Below are positions 30,563-40,242 of a stretch of 64,000 bases of DNA, in pieces. Position 1 is the first letter of the stretch. Every line of letters starts with the position of its first letter. The stretch spans positions 73,003 to 137,002 of the forward strand of contig JALNJZ010000004.1 of assembly GCA_023261845.1 (NCBI GenBank), read 5' to 3'. The stretch is from Candidatus Terraquivivens tengchongensis. GTDB taxonomy: Archaea; Thermoproteota; Nitrososphaeria_A; Caldarchaeales; Wolframiiraptoraceae. The notes under the pieces were generated by a model. The model had not been told where the DNA came from, did not search any database, and saw only the letters and a list, made by a program, of their open reading frames with translations. The position numbers and the translations under genes are program-made.

Positions 30563-30580
30563 TTTGCATATATATGCAAA
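30563..30580. promoter_or_regulatory. Perfect 18-bp palindrome upstream of the csa5-cas7-cas5 TATA box
   Basis: TTTGCATATATATGCAAA; minus-strand TATA-like CTTATA at ~30545-30550. Confidence 0.5.
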
Positions 30581-30728
30581 CGGAGCTAAATCAATTAAAG
30601 ATGCACAATTAGGTGACACTCACTAATAACGTTCTAAGACACCAACACTATTCTAGAATTGGTTAATTCTGCTGTTGGGAGTGAAGCCTTTTTGCAAAAT
30701 TTGTGCCAAAAATATTTTTATTTTTAAT

Positions 30729-30752
30729 TAAGTATTTTAATAAGTATTTTAA
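30729..30752. repeat. 12-bp tandem duplication in promoter region
   Basis: TAAGTATTTTAA x2. Confidence 0.7.
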
Positions 30753-30768
30753 TAGTTAGGGGATAGAT

Positions 30769-31296
30769 ATGGGTAGGACTAGGGCTGTTTTGAGGAGGCA
30801 GGTTCCGCTCTGGCTATTAATACTCCTCGTCCTCTTGGTTGGGGCTGGAGCTGCTGTAGCCATAACAGCATATACGCTGACATATTATGCTAAGGCTGCT
30901 ACAGTAATAGTCTCCGATGACGCCCTCATCCATATTGACGGTTTCCCTGAGTATGGGATCTACATAGCAGAGACAAGCAAGTCCGCCAATACGAATGGTG
31001 AACTGAGCTATCCGTATAGTAAAGTTAATAATGATATAACCGCCGGACACTATGTAATATCATTTACGATTAGAGAGAATGAGAACTTAGAAGCATATGC
31101 TGGCAGCCGCTGGAAGGTATACGTCTACTTCGGCGTCACTAAGCTGGGCGAGTTCACCATAACACAAAACACAGCAGAAAGAGACATCATTGAGGGGGTT
31201 GAGGTCCACGTTGACCTCGGGCTCGGACCTGGACAGGAAGGTCAGCTGCCAGATATCAGTAATCCGGTGCGCATAATAGCCATAAGGCAATCATAG
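30769..31296 (+). CDS. Exported or membrane-anchored hypothetical protein
   Basis: Basic N-terminus plus long hydrophobic segment ending AVA; beta-rich body. Confidence 0.65.
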   Translation: MGRTRAVLRRQVPLWLLILLVLLVGAGAAVAITAYTLTYYAKAATVIVSDDALIHIDGFPEYGIYIAETSKSANTNGELSYPYSKVNNDITAGHYVISFTIRENENLEAYAGSRWKVYVYFGVTKLGEFTITQNTAERDIIEGVEVHVDLGLGPGQEGQLPDISNPVRIIAIRQS

Positions 31297-31397
31297 CAGC
31301 TCACAACTATAACGCAAAACAAACCTTTTTTATATTTACTTTGCATAATACCACCATAAACTATTGGGATCTCTCGGTTGTTGAAGGAATTGCCTTC

Positions 31398-31925
31398 TTA
31401 AGCATTCGCATCTGCGGGACTGTATTTACGTATATTGGCTAGCGATAAAATTATGTTGATCCATTTTTCTTCGGCTTTTGCTGAGGTCTCCTCGCCTAGC
31501 GCAGTATTAGGTCTCAGGTAGTTGTAGTATATTCGATACCCATTTATCATCTCCTCGAACTTTCCTCTTGCCCCTCTCTTCTCCCTAACCCACTCTTTGA
31601 GTGTGCCGTGCAGTCTCTCCACTATATTATTGTTCTCATCCTTTGCTAGGCCAGCATTACTTATGTGGCTTATTGGTAGGCCTAGGATCTCAAGAGCCCT
31701 TCTATAGGAGTGAAGCCCATCCGTCACCATTGCTTTTGGGATCTTGCCGGAGTTTTTAATTGCCTCCTTTATTGCCTTAATAGCGTCACCAGCGTCCCGA
31801 CCAGATGTGAGCAATGACGCTATGTATATCCTCGTCTCATAGTCCATTACATTCCACAGGTACATCGGCTCGCCATTAACCTTAACGACAGTTTCGTCTG
31901 CAAGCCACTTATCGCCGACCTCCAA
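31398..31925 (-). mobile_element. IS6-family DDE transposase, 5'-truncated
   Basis: WLADETVVKV, YLWNVMD, VTDGLHSY, NNIVERLHGTLK, YYNYLRP. Confidence 0.85.
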
Positions 31926-31970
31926 TTTAGTCTCCTCAGCCTCCTTAAAGACCTCTATAAGCCTTGACCC

Positions 31971-32160
31971 CTACCATGGGTAGTGAACCCATACTCTACC
32001 ATCCTGGTCAACCATGAAAACCCTTCTGGTCAAACCTATGACCTCAGTAGCCTTATTTAAAAGATTTAATAGAAAAGCTAGTGCAGCTTCATAGCCGCCT
32101 CTAGAAATGATGTCAACTACCTCGAAGACTTTATCAACTCTCATCAGATCAGCCCGGTTA
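31971..32160 (-). mobile_element. Highly degraded transposase-like relic
   Basis: Minus strand reads ...AALAFLLNLL...VFMVDQDG...YPW*, resembling the archaeal IS6 F.VD.GPWYPW region. Confidence 0.3.
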
Positions 32161-32396
32161 ATGCAGTATACTGCTAGGCAGAAACCATCCTCATCCTCCT
32201 TGAAAGCTCCATGATGCCATTCATTGTTATCAGTAGCAAGTCATCACCATACTTATCATGACTAAACTTGTTATTCAACCTCTCTCGAAAACGTTCGAAA
32301 TAACTGTGTTCTCTCAGCATATGTTCGAGAACGTTAGTGTTTTATCATATACCCCGTTTCAACCTGAGACCAATCCTCTTCGAAATCTGATTTGTT

Positions 32397-32420
32397 TTTC
32401 AATTCCCTTGTTGGTATCAG
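32397..32420 (-). CRISPR. Solitary degenerate CRISPR-repeat-like 24-mer with possible leader to its right
   Basis: Minus strand CTGATACCAACAAGGGAATTGAAA, like crenarchaeal ...AATTGAAAG repeats; TATA-like AAGTTTATATA at ~32503-32513 points toward it. Confidence 0.35.
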
Positions 32421-32608
32421 TGCGGCCTTTTTCCGGTTTCTACACCTTCATGAGCCGCTTTTGTAAACTACTCTTGCGGCGGCAGGGGTTAATCATGATA
32501 TGTATATAAACTTATTCTGCGTCTCGGTAATACTGAATTTGTTCGGCCGAAGCATATGAAAGCCGAACGCAGAAAACATAATACCAGACATAGGCTTTTA
32601 CATCCTTT

Positions 32609-34135
32609 GTGAATGCTCAGAAGACCAGCCTTCTTATCATGGCACCTATAGGGGACCTCTCAGGCTGGAGGCTAGCAAACTACTATATTCAAGGCAAACG
32701 CTACTCGACGTGCTGCTCTGCCATAGCTCTGGCCCTACACAACTCCCAGCGTTATAACCACATACATCTGCAGATTTATGTGCTCGACTCTCTAACATGC
32801 TCACCTTTGCTTGGGAAGTGGTCCGAGGATCAACCTTTACAGAGGCAAGTCATTAAGCAAGTTTTGGAGAAATCGTTTAAAGAGGAGGTGCTTAAGGTTG
32901 CCCAGAGATCAGGTATTGGGGCGCAAGTAGGGCATAACGGTGCTGTTTACATAAGAAGCCAGTGCACCCTGACAATATCGGTCCACATATCCCAAGCTGC
33001 TGGTGAATATGCTGTTAACAGGGAAGGAGCCCCAGTAGCATCAGCCGTATTTAACGGAGACCCCACATCAATATTCACAAAGATCATCTCCTCAGTCATA
33101 ACACTTCCTGAATACGGCGACATACTGTTAGACCTCACACATGGTATCAACTACATGCAGTCGATGGCGGTCTATGCAGTTGAGATACTTAAAAATCTTA
33201 TACCCGTCAACGTCAGGGTGCACAACGCCTCACCTTATCCGTCTGGAGTCTACCAAACAACCTTCTGCTTTCCCACAACCGTAAAGCAAGTAAAACAAAA
33301 CATAATGAGAAATCAGCCCGATTTAATGATACTCGACCTATCAGGCCTGCAGCACCTTTGGGATCTTTCGGCAAGCTTCTCCAATCTAACCCTTACTAGA
33401 AAAGATGTGGAGACTATTCGTAAAGCCCTCAATCACGTCATCTCTCAACTTAAGCTATGTAGCACAAGCTATAATGTTTTACAGGCTCGCCACACGGTAC
33501 TGGCTTGGTATTACTTAGCGGCTGGGGTGATCACGATAGGTTACATCAATGCGGTAAAGTCTTTCAAAGAGACGGTTGATCTGGACAACATCCAGCAACT
33601 TGCAAATAAAATAGAAGAGGCTGAAATCGGCTTCGATGTTGAGGGGGATAACGATCGCATCATATTCAAATACAGGGCTCGTACTGATTGGAGGTTTGCT
33701 GTTCCGTTCATTGTGTGGTACATGCGCCAGAGGCTAGCCCAAGTCATTAGCAGAAAGGATATTAAGGAAACGGATAAGATAACTGTCAATGGAAATGAGC
33801 TGATAACACTGCTCGACGGACTCTCTAATGTAAATCCTCTCTACATGGCCGTCGGGAATGCTCTGAGATATGAGAGGGACAGGATACTCCAGAAGAGCCG
33901 AGACCTTAAGATGTATGAGTTCTCCATGGAAAGATCTGAATATAGGAAGCTGTTTTTCGGTACAGATAGTCCTCTCAGCCAGCTAAAGTTAAGTGAAATG
34001 AAAAGACACCTACAGGCACACGTGGGTATAACATACGAACCAGTCACCCATATAAAAATAACCGATAATGAGGTTCAGTTAACGCTGAGGGTTGGGGACC
34101 TTGGAGAGGGTCCCTACAACGTATGGCCTAAGTGA
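32609..34135 (+). CDS. csx1: CARF-HEPN ribonuclease, Csx1/Csm6 (DxTHG) family
   Basis: APIGD..W..ANY N-terminus, LDLTHGINYM, NASPYP, C-terminal HEPN R-x4-H (RHLQAH). Confidence 0.85.
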   Translation: MNAQKTSLLIMAPIGDLSGWRLANYYIQGKRYSTCCSAIALALHNSQRYNHIHLQIYVLDSLTCSPLLGKWSEDQPLQRQVIKQVLEKSFKEEVLKVAQRSGIGAQVGHNGAVYIRSQCTLTISVHISQAAGEYAVNREGAPVASAVFNGDPTSIFTKIISSVITLPEYGDILLDLTHGINYMQSMAVYAVEILKNLIPVNVRVHNASPYPSGVYQTTFCFPTTVKQVKQNIMRNQPDLMILDLSGLQHLWDLSASFSNLTLTRKDVETIRKALNHVISQLKLCSTSYNVLQARHTVLAWYYLAAGVITIGYINAVKSFKETVDLDNIQQLANKIEEAEIGFDVEGDNDRIIFKYRARTDWRFAVPFIVWYMRQRLAQVISRKDIKETDKITVNGNELITLLDGLSNVNPLYMAVGNALRYERDRILQKSRDLKMYEFSMERSEYRKLFFGTDSPLSQLKLSEMKRHLQAHVGITYEPVTHIKITDNEVQLTLRVGDLGEGPYNVWPK

Positions 34136-34175
34136 TGCTAGAAAAGAATATAGACATCGTAGGCAACATCCATAT

Positions 34176-34888
34176 ATGCATAGTGATGTTCTGGACCTTG
34201 CAGCAGTCCTCAATACACTTAAGAAAACCCATGTCCAGACACTATGGACCATAGCCGAGCTCGGAGGAAGAGCTCGGCTCAAAGACCTTCAGAAGAAGAT
34301 TAAGGCCTCAAAGTCAACACTCAGCAGCAGGCTGGCAGCTTTAGCTGACAAGGGATTAGTGACATATGAAGCTGGCTTTGCGGAGCTTGTCTATAAAACA
34401 CCCCTATGTTATCTTGCAAACATTGAGAACATACCATACGCATATGTTGGCCTCCTCGGAAAACCCTTACCAGTGGAGCATAGGGAGCCTGAGACAGAGA
34501 CAGCAATTAGCCTCCTTCGCGAGGGGGCATTACAATAGATAAGATTCTTGTCGCCACCACCAAGGATGCTATTGAAGAATGGACTCCCATAATGAGTCCG
34601 GAATTAAGGGCGATGCTTGATTTTGCAATACTTGACATCAGGGAGATGAACAGCATTGAGGCGGTTATGGATAGGATGACCAGAAGGATACTTGACCTAA
34701 CTAGACGCTATATCACAATTCTAGATTGCACATCAGGGACAAGGCCGGCTGGCATAGCCTATTATGCCATTGCTGACAAGCTCAAAACGCCCCTGATATA
34801 TGTCTACGCTGATGAAAAAAGAATTTATTGGCTCAAAAACCGCAGAACGCTTATCACAGAGCTAAATTTACAGCACATAAAATCATAA
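34176..34888 (+). pseudogene. wHTH-CARF protein split by a 1-nt frameshift
   Basis: wHTH (SKSTLSSRLAALADKGLV) then CARF (YVGLLG...DKILVATT...LDCTSGTR...IYVY); frames join at the G5 run 34523-34527. Confidence 0.75.
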
Positions 34889-34920
34889 CCTCTCTAAGAC
34901 GGCTGAACCTTAAGAACTGT

Positions 34921-34945
34921 TCTTAATTCTCTTTTTGGGATTGAG
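34921..34945 (-). CRISPR. Second solitary degenerate CRISPR-repeat-like sequence
   Basis: Minus strand CTCAATCCCAAAAAGAGAATTAAGA; ~18/25 match to the 32397 copy with one gap; AT-rich tract to its right. Confidence 0.3.
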
Positions 34946-35115
34946 AGCATATATCAAGACTCATGATAATTTTTAATCCTAACTTTATTCATAATAAGGA
35001 GCATTCTTTGAAATGTAATAGGCACCATTACCTATAGAAAGATTTTATTTTTAAATATGTTAAAAACTTTAGCAGAGAGGTTGTGTAGCCTCGAAATCGT
35101 GAAGGAGATTGTAAC

Positions 35116-35517
35116 ATGGAAAAAACTTTAGGACCGAAAAGGATTCCTTTATTCATCGCAAAGATTATCTTCTTCGTTTATGGCATCGTGTGGACCCTTA
35201 AACGACGTTCAGCCAAGTCGATGAAAGATGTCTACGAGCTTTTTTACTTGGATTTTCTTAGATTGAACGAAAAAGATGTAGAGGTCGTTAAGCTTGACGA
35301 TGACGTACTCATCACGCGCTGCAAAAATCCGTGTCCAATTCTTAATCTATCCCTTTCGCTTAAAGTTGACACAAAAATATCCTGCAAGATTGTATCCGAG
35401 CCCGTTTGTAAATACGTGCTACGCAAGCTAAATCCAAGGCTGGCGTTCGAAAGAAATTACGGGCACATAAGACCTTACAGCGAGAGTTGTGAGGAAACAA
35501 TTTACTGGAAAAATTGA
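35116..35517 (+). CDS. Hypothetical Cys-containing protein (V4R/ATC-hydrolase-like ligand-binding fold possible)
   Basis: RCKNPCPI...C...EP.C...LNP...CEE pattern. Confidence 0.55.
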   Translation: MEKTLGPKRIPLFIAKIIFFVYGIVWTLKRRSAKSMKDVYELFYLDFLRLNEKDVEVVKLDDDVLITRCKNPCPILNLSLSLKVDTKISCKIVSEPVCKYVLRKLNPRLAFERNYGHIRPYSESCEETIYWKN

Positions 35518-35522
35518 GGCCA

Positions 35523-36989
35523 CTAAACGTCAAAGTAAAGGTAAAACTCATAGGGATGCGGTCTCAGAGAAACCTCCAAGTGTTGCCTTCTTGCCATATC
35601 CACTAGGACATCCACGAGTGAGTCGTCAAAAACCGGCTTTAAAAACTCCCTATCGCTCTCTAGACACTCCACAGCTTCAATCAAACTTCCAGGTAACTGC
35701 TTTATTCCCAATAGCGCTCTCTTCTCCGGAGACATCTTGTATATGTCCTCATCCACTGGATCGCCGCAATCTATCTTCCTCTTTATACCGTCTAAGCCTG
35801 CCATCAGTACTGCTGCAAAACACAAGTATGGGTTACAAGACGGGTCTGGTGTCCTGAACTCTATCCTCTTCTTTGATGCATTTGATTTACCCACATGGTA
35901 TACAGGTATCCTGATGTTCGCGGACCTGTTGGCCCTGCTCCACGCTATGAAGACCGGCGCCTCATAACCTGGAACGAGTCTCCTGTAAGAGTTGGTAGTG
36001 GGTGCGACTATTGCAGCCAAAGCCCTGCTGTGCTCTAGAAGACCACCGCAGAAGTATCTACCAATTTGACTCAGCTCGGCGTACGTGTCGTCTGGGTCAT
36101 AGAACGCATTCTGGCCGTCCTTCCATAAACTACAATGCACATGCATTCCGGATGCGTTGTCCATGAAAACTGGCTTTGGCATCATAGTGGCCACGAGCCC
36201 CATCTGATGTGCGACGTTCTTGACGACGTACTTGAGCGTCATCGATTTGTCGGCCATCCTAGTTAAGGTGTCGTACTTCATATCTATCTCGCATTGACCT
36301 GCCGTCGCGACTTCATGATGGTGAGCCTCCACTTCTATTCCGAAGTAGTCAGTAAGTATCCTTGCGCATTCGTTCCTAAAATCCATCAAAGTATCTTGGG
36401 GCGGAGCTGGGTAGTAACCCTCCTTAAACCTTATCGGGTATCCTGTGCCAACTGACCACGGAGCCTCCTTAGATTCTATGCTGTAGCTCTGACCTCTCGA
36501 CGGAGTCTGAACATCCCAGCAAACCTTGTCGAAGACAAAGAATTCTATCTCAGGCCCCCAAAATGACGTGTCAAAGCCCATCTTCTTGAGTTCTTCCTCG
36601 GCTCTTTGAGCAACGGCCCTCGGGTCCCTCTCAAACCTTCCTTTCCCGAGTCCCCAATAGACGTCGCACAACATCCTAGCGGTCTTCGTTGAATTTGCTG
36701 ACCAGGGAATTATGGCGAACGTGGATGCATCAGGTTTGAGAACCATATCGGACTCTTGTATCTCGACGAAGCCCCTTATCGATGAACCGTCGAGTTTGGG
36801 AACGCCGACCTCAAATGTCTGCTCGTCAAGGTACTCGGTTGTGATGGTTACATGCTGGAGCTTTCCGGGAATGTCTGTGAATTGAAGGTCTATGAACCTT
36901 ATGCCCTCCCTCTTTAAGAGTTCCATGATCTTATCGACCTGACGTGTAGACTCTTCCTTTTTTTCCGCAGGGTGCTCGAGTATTTTCAT
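35523..36989 (-). CDS. glnA: Glutamine synthetase type I
   Basis: DGSSIRGF, GPEIEF, HHHEVAT, MPKP, SGMHVH, NSYRRLVPGYEAP, RIEFRTPD. Confidence 0.97.
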   Translation of the reverse strand: MKILEHPAEKKEESTRQVDKIMELLKREGIRFIDLQFTDIPGKLQHVTITTEYLDEQTFEVGVPKLDGSSIRGFVEIQESDMVLKPDASTFAIIPWSANSTKTARMLCDVYWGLGKGRFERDPRAVAQRAEEELKKMGFDTSFWGPEIEFFVFDKVCWDVQTPSRGQSYSIESKEAPWSVGTGYPIRFKEGYYPAPPQDTLMDFRNECARILTDYFGIEVEAHHHEVATAGQCEIDMKYDTLTRMADKSMTLKYVVKNVAHQMGLVATMMPKPVFMDNASGMHVHCSLWKDGQNAFYDPDDTYAELSQIGRYFCGGLLEHSRALAAIVAPTTNSYRRLVPGYEAPVFIAWSRANRSANIRIPVYHVGKSNASKKRIEFRTPDPSCNPYLCFAAVLMAGLDGIKRKIDCGDPVDEDIYKMSPEKRALLGIKQLPGSLIEAVECLESDREFLKPVFDDSLVDVLVDMARRQHLEVSLRPHPYEFYLYFDV

Positions 36990-37317
36990 AAACTTTCACC
37001 TGTATATTTTTATACCCTTTTTCTAAACAAATAGAATATTTAAACTTTTTTTCTGAACGTTTGTATCGGTTTTATAAAATAAATGAACATTTGTTTAGTT
37101 ACCGTCCGATTTAGGAAGTATTCTTATCCTCGCGGATTTTTGGGTTAGAACACCATAATCAATCTCCCCTATTAGGTTTATAAAAACTTTGGAGTCGTGG
37201 CCAACGATTGAACTAGCCCCAATACTGAGCAGCTAAGGAGGACTTCTGAAGCTAGATTAAGTGATTCAAGGTATGAACAAAACCTTTTTGAATAAGGCAT
37301 GCATAATAAAACAGGAA

Positions 37318-38055
37318 ATGGTCGAAAGAGTCGTAACAGGCATATCAGGATTGGATGAAATACTTAATGGAGGGATTCCTAAAAGGAATGTAGTTTTGCT
37401 CTCCGGTGGACCTGGTACAGGAAAATCGATACTTGGTCAGCAATACCTTTACAACGGATTGCTTCGTGGAGAACCCGGAATACTGGTAGTTTTGGAGGAG
37501 CACCCGGTACAAGTAAGAATATCCATGTCTCAGTTTGGATGGGATGTGAGGGTATACGAAGAGAAGAACGTATTCGCGATAGTTGACGCGTTCACAGCAG
37601 GAATAGGTGAGGGGGCGAAAAGGGAAAAGTATGTCGTAAGGGACCCGGGGGATTTTCAAGTTCTACTAGATGTCGTAAGAGATGCTATAAAGGACGTGAA
37701 TGCGGAAAGGGCCGTAGTAGATTCTGTCTCGACGTTATACATAACAAAACCTGCCATGGCTAGGAGCATGGTTCTACAGTTGAAGAAAGTCCTGTCCGGG
37801 ATGGGTTGTACTTCGATACTAATCTCTCAAGTAAGTGTGACTGAGAGGGGATTTGGTGGTCCGGGTGTAGAGCACGCTGCTGATGGCATAATCAGGCTCG
37901 ATTTGGATGAGGTTGACGGAGAATTGAAGCGCAGCATAATCATCTGGAAGATGCGCGGCACATCGCATTCCATGAGGCGGCATCCATTCGTTATAACCAA
38001 TAAGGGGATAGAGATAAGAGCGGCCGAGACTATAAAGGTTGGTGAAAGAGCATGA
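37318..38055 (+). CDS. KaiC-like ATPase, single domain (PH0284-type)
   Basis: [57 protein letters not shown]. Confidence 0.9.
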   Translation: MVERVVTGISGLDEILNGGIPKRNVVLLSGGPGTGKSILGQQYLYNGLLRGEPGILVVLEEHPVQVRISMSQFGWDVRVYEEKNVFAIVDAFTAGIGEGAKREKYVVRDPGDFQVLLDVVRDAIKDVNAERAVVDSVSTLYITKPAMARSMVLQLKKVLSGMGCTSILISQVSVTERGFGGPGVEHAADGIIRLDLDEVDGELKRSIIIWKMRGTSHSMRRHPFVITNKGIEIRAAETIKVGERA

Positions 38056-38519
38056 GCGAAGAAATCTCCCTCTCGCCCTTAGGTAAGGAACAGATACACA
38101 AGCTCGAGTCTGCTCTCTTGATAGGTACGATACTTAGGAGCGACGTACTGGAAGAATTGAAAGACCCTTCGGAAAGGTTGACGTGGGTTGATTCGTTAGC
38201 AGTAGCGGCTGCGGCCATCGCAAGGGAAAGGGCCAAGATGACAGTATCGCAAATAGCCGAAGACATAGGCAGGAGCGAGGCGACTATAAGAAATCATCTT
38301 GCGGGCAAGACTAGGGCAGGCCAGTTAATTCGTCAAACATTGGAGAGGTTTGCCAAAGAAGGCGTAAAGATAGAATTGCCATCAATTTCGGCAAAAGAGT
38401 TGGAAGATTTAAAGAAGCAACTGGAAGAAGAAAGAGAGAAAGTGAAAAGGTTGGAGGCATTGATCAGTGAAGTGAAGAGCTCGCTAAACACTCTCATAGA
38501 TAAGCTAGAAAAAGCGTAA
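38052..38519 (+). CDS. KaiC-associated HTH/coiled-coil regulator
   Basis: [33 protein letters not shown]-terminal coiled coil; 4-nt overlap with the KaiC gene. Confidence 0.8.
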   Translation: MSEEISLSPLGKEQIHKLESALLIGTILRSDVLEELKDPSERLTWVDSLAVAAAAIARERAKMTVSQIAEDIGRSEATIRNHLAGKTRAGQLIRQTLERFAKEGVKIELPSISAKELEDLKKQLEEEREKVKRLEALISEVKSSLNTLIDKLEKA

Positions 38520-38627
38520 CGTATATTCTTACCTCTTTACTCATTTCAACCCGTAGAATTATAAGCGGAATGTACAAAAACGATACACTTTATGTAAGGT
38601 CGGACGAAAAATGAAGATTATAGTAGG

Positions 38628-39950
38628 TTATCCCTTTTTCTTTCTAAGAAGTTTGTAAAGAGTTCCTAGAACTACAACGGCCGTCAGATATGGCGCAAAT
38701 TGGATAAGTTTTTGCTGGACTTCCACGTTTGCTATGCTTGTTGGGTATACGATGTATCCTCCGACCATAGAAGGTGCAGCTAGTGGATTTGACCCTGCGT
38801 TGACTTCTGCTCCATCGCTTATTCCATCTCCATCGGTATCTGGATTCCGAGGATTGCTTCCTACCACGAACTCTCTGAAGTTAGATAGCCCATCACCATC
38901 CGGATCCGAATTTCTATCGTTTGGATCATTTGGGTCTAAACCGTTTTCCTTTTCCCAATAATCTGACATTCCATCTCCATCATTATCAGTGATGAAATAT
39001 CGAAAGATGAATTCCCTATGCCCTACTGCCCATCCATCTTTAGAAGAGACCATATGTAGACCGCGTAACATCTCATATCTCCCAAGAGGTTCGATGGACC
39101 AAACTGGCGTTGGTGTTGACCCATCCCAATGGAAGATATGAGGTTCACCGCCTCCTACAATCCATCCATCATTACCGCTTACCATGTAAATCTCTCGGAG
39201 GTTCACACTATAAGCTGGCCAAAGGAATGAGGATTGCTCCCACGTAGTTCCATCCCAGTGATATATGCTCACCGAGCCGACGGCCCAAACATCATTAGAA
39301 CTTACCATAAACACTGAGTTCAGAAAACTTGCAAGTGAGATATAGTGCTTTGTCCATGTTGATCCGTCCCAATGAAGTGTTACAGCCCCTAGCATAGGGT
39401 TATCTTTCTCATGTTCTCCAACTACCCATCCATCGCTCGAGGATAACATATGTACTGATTTTAGATGTGCCGACGTGGGACTCGAAACGGAGCTCCATGA
39501 CGCACCATTCCAGCGAAGGATTGTTCCATTACCTCCAACGACCCAACCATCGTTTGCAGATACCATGTAAATCAAGTATAACCAATTGCTCTGAATGGAG
39601 CGTACTAAATGCCATGCTGAGCCATCCCAATGAAGAATTATTCCTATACTTCTTGGACTGTATTCAAAACCAACTACCTACACGTCATTTTCGGAAAGGC
39701 AGAACACATCTGTTAACGTAGTGTAAACAGACACAACACTATCTGGAATTATAACGATACTCCATGAATTCCCATTCCATTTAAGAACGATCTTACCATC
39801 CCCGACGGCATACCCAAGGTTACTGTCCGAAAGATGCACTGATTCTAACAATCCATCTGTTGGGCTAGGGAATTTGACCCAAGGATCATATAGTCCTGCC
39901 AAGACAGTTATAGGCATGCTCAAAAGAAGACATAGAATCAAAGAAAGCAT
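38628..39950 (-). pseudogene. Cell-surface beta-propeller protein with Ca-binding DxDxDG repeats, interrupted by in-frame TAG
   Basis: Signal peptide, repeated (D)GW.VG...HWDG..W blades, DNDGDG/DPDGDG/DTDGDG, C-terminal TM and KKK; ORFs 39678-39950 and 38628-39575 are in one frame with TAG at 39678-39680. Confidence 0.8.
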
Positions 39951-40242
39951 TATTAAAGATGTTTTTACTTAACAAAATTTTCACCTAAGCTTTTATTAAT
40001 TTTTTAATTTTTTTGAATATTTAAAATTTTTCCTGAGGTTGGATCGAAGTTTTCCGTTAATCCTATTTAAGGAGGCAATTTGCTCAATAAGTTGAAGGAC
40101 TTACTGAACGTTTTCGTGAAAGGGCTATAAAAGTGCAATAAGTGCCCAAATACGGTCTAACGACAAGGATTATGTGGAACTACAAGCGATTTATAAAAAT
40201 GTTTATAGTGAGTTATCTGAGCTGATAACTCGGAGGGAGATA

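Noticed and set aside
32258-32509. 83-aa ORF in the cas island
   Set aside because: No recognisable motifs; overlaps the repeat-like and leader-like non-coding tract
27900-35100. Canonical CRISPR array near the cas genes
   Set aside because: No regularly spaced repeat-spacer units found; only two isolated degenerate repeat-like sequences
39678-39680. In-frame TAG as pyrrolysine, given the nearby mtmB
   Set aside because: The position is a conserved Trp in sibling repeats (TGG to TAG), mtmB itself has no amber codon, and no pyl genes are visible
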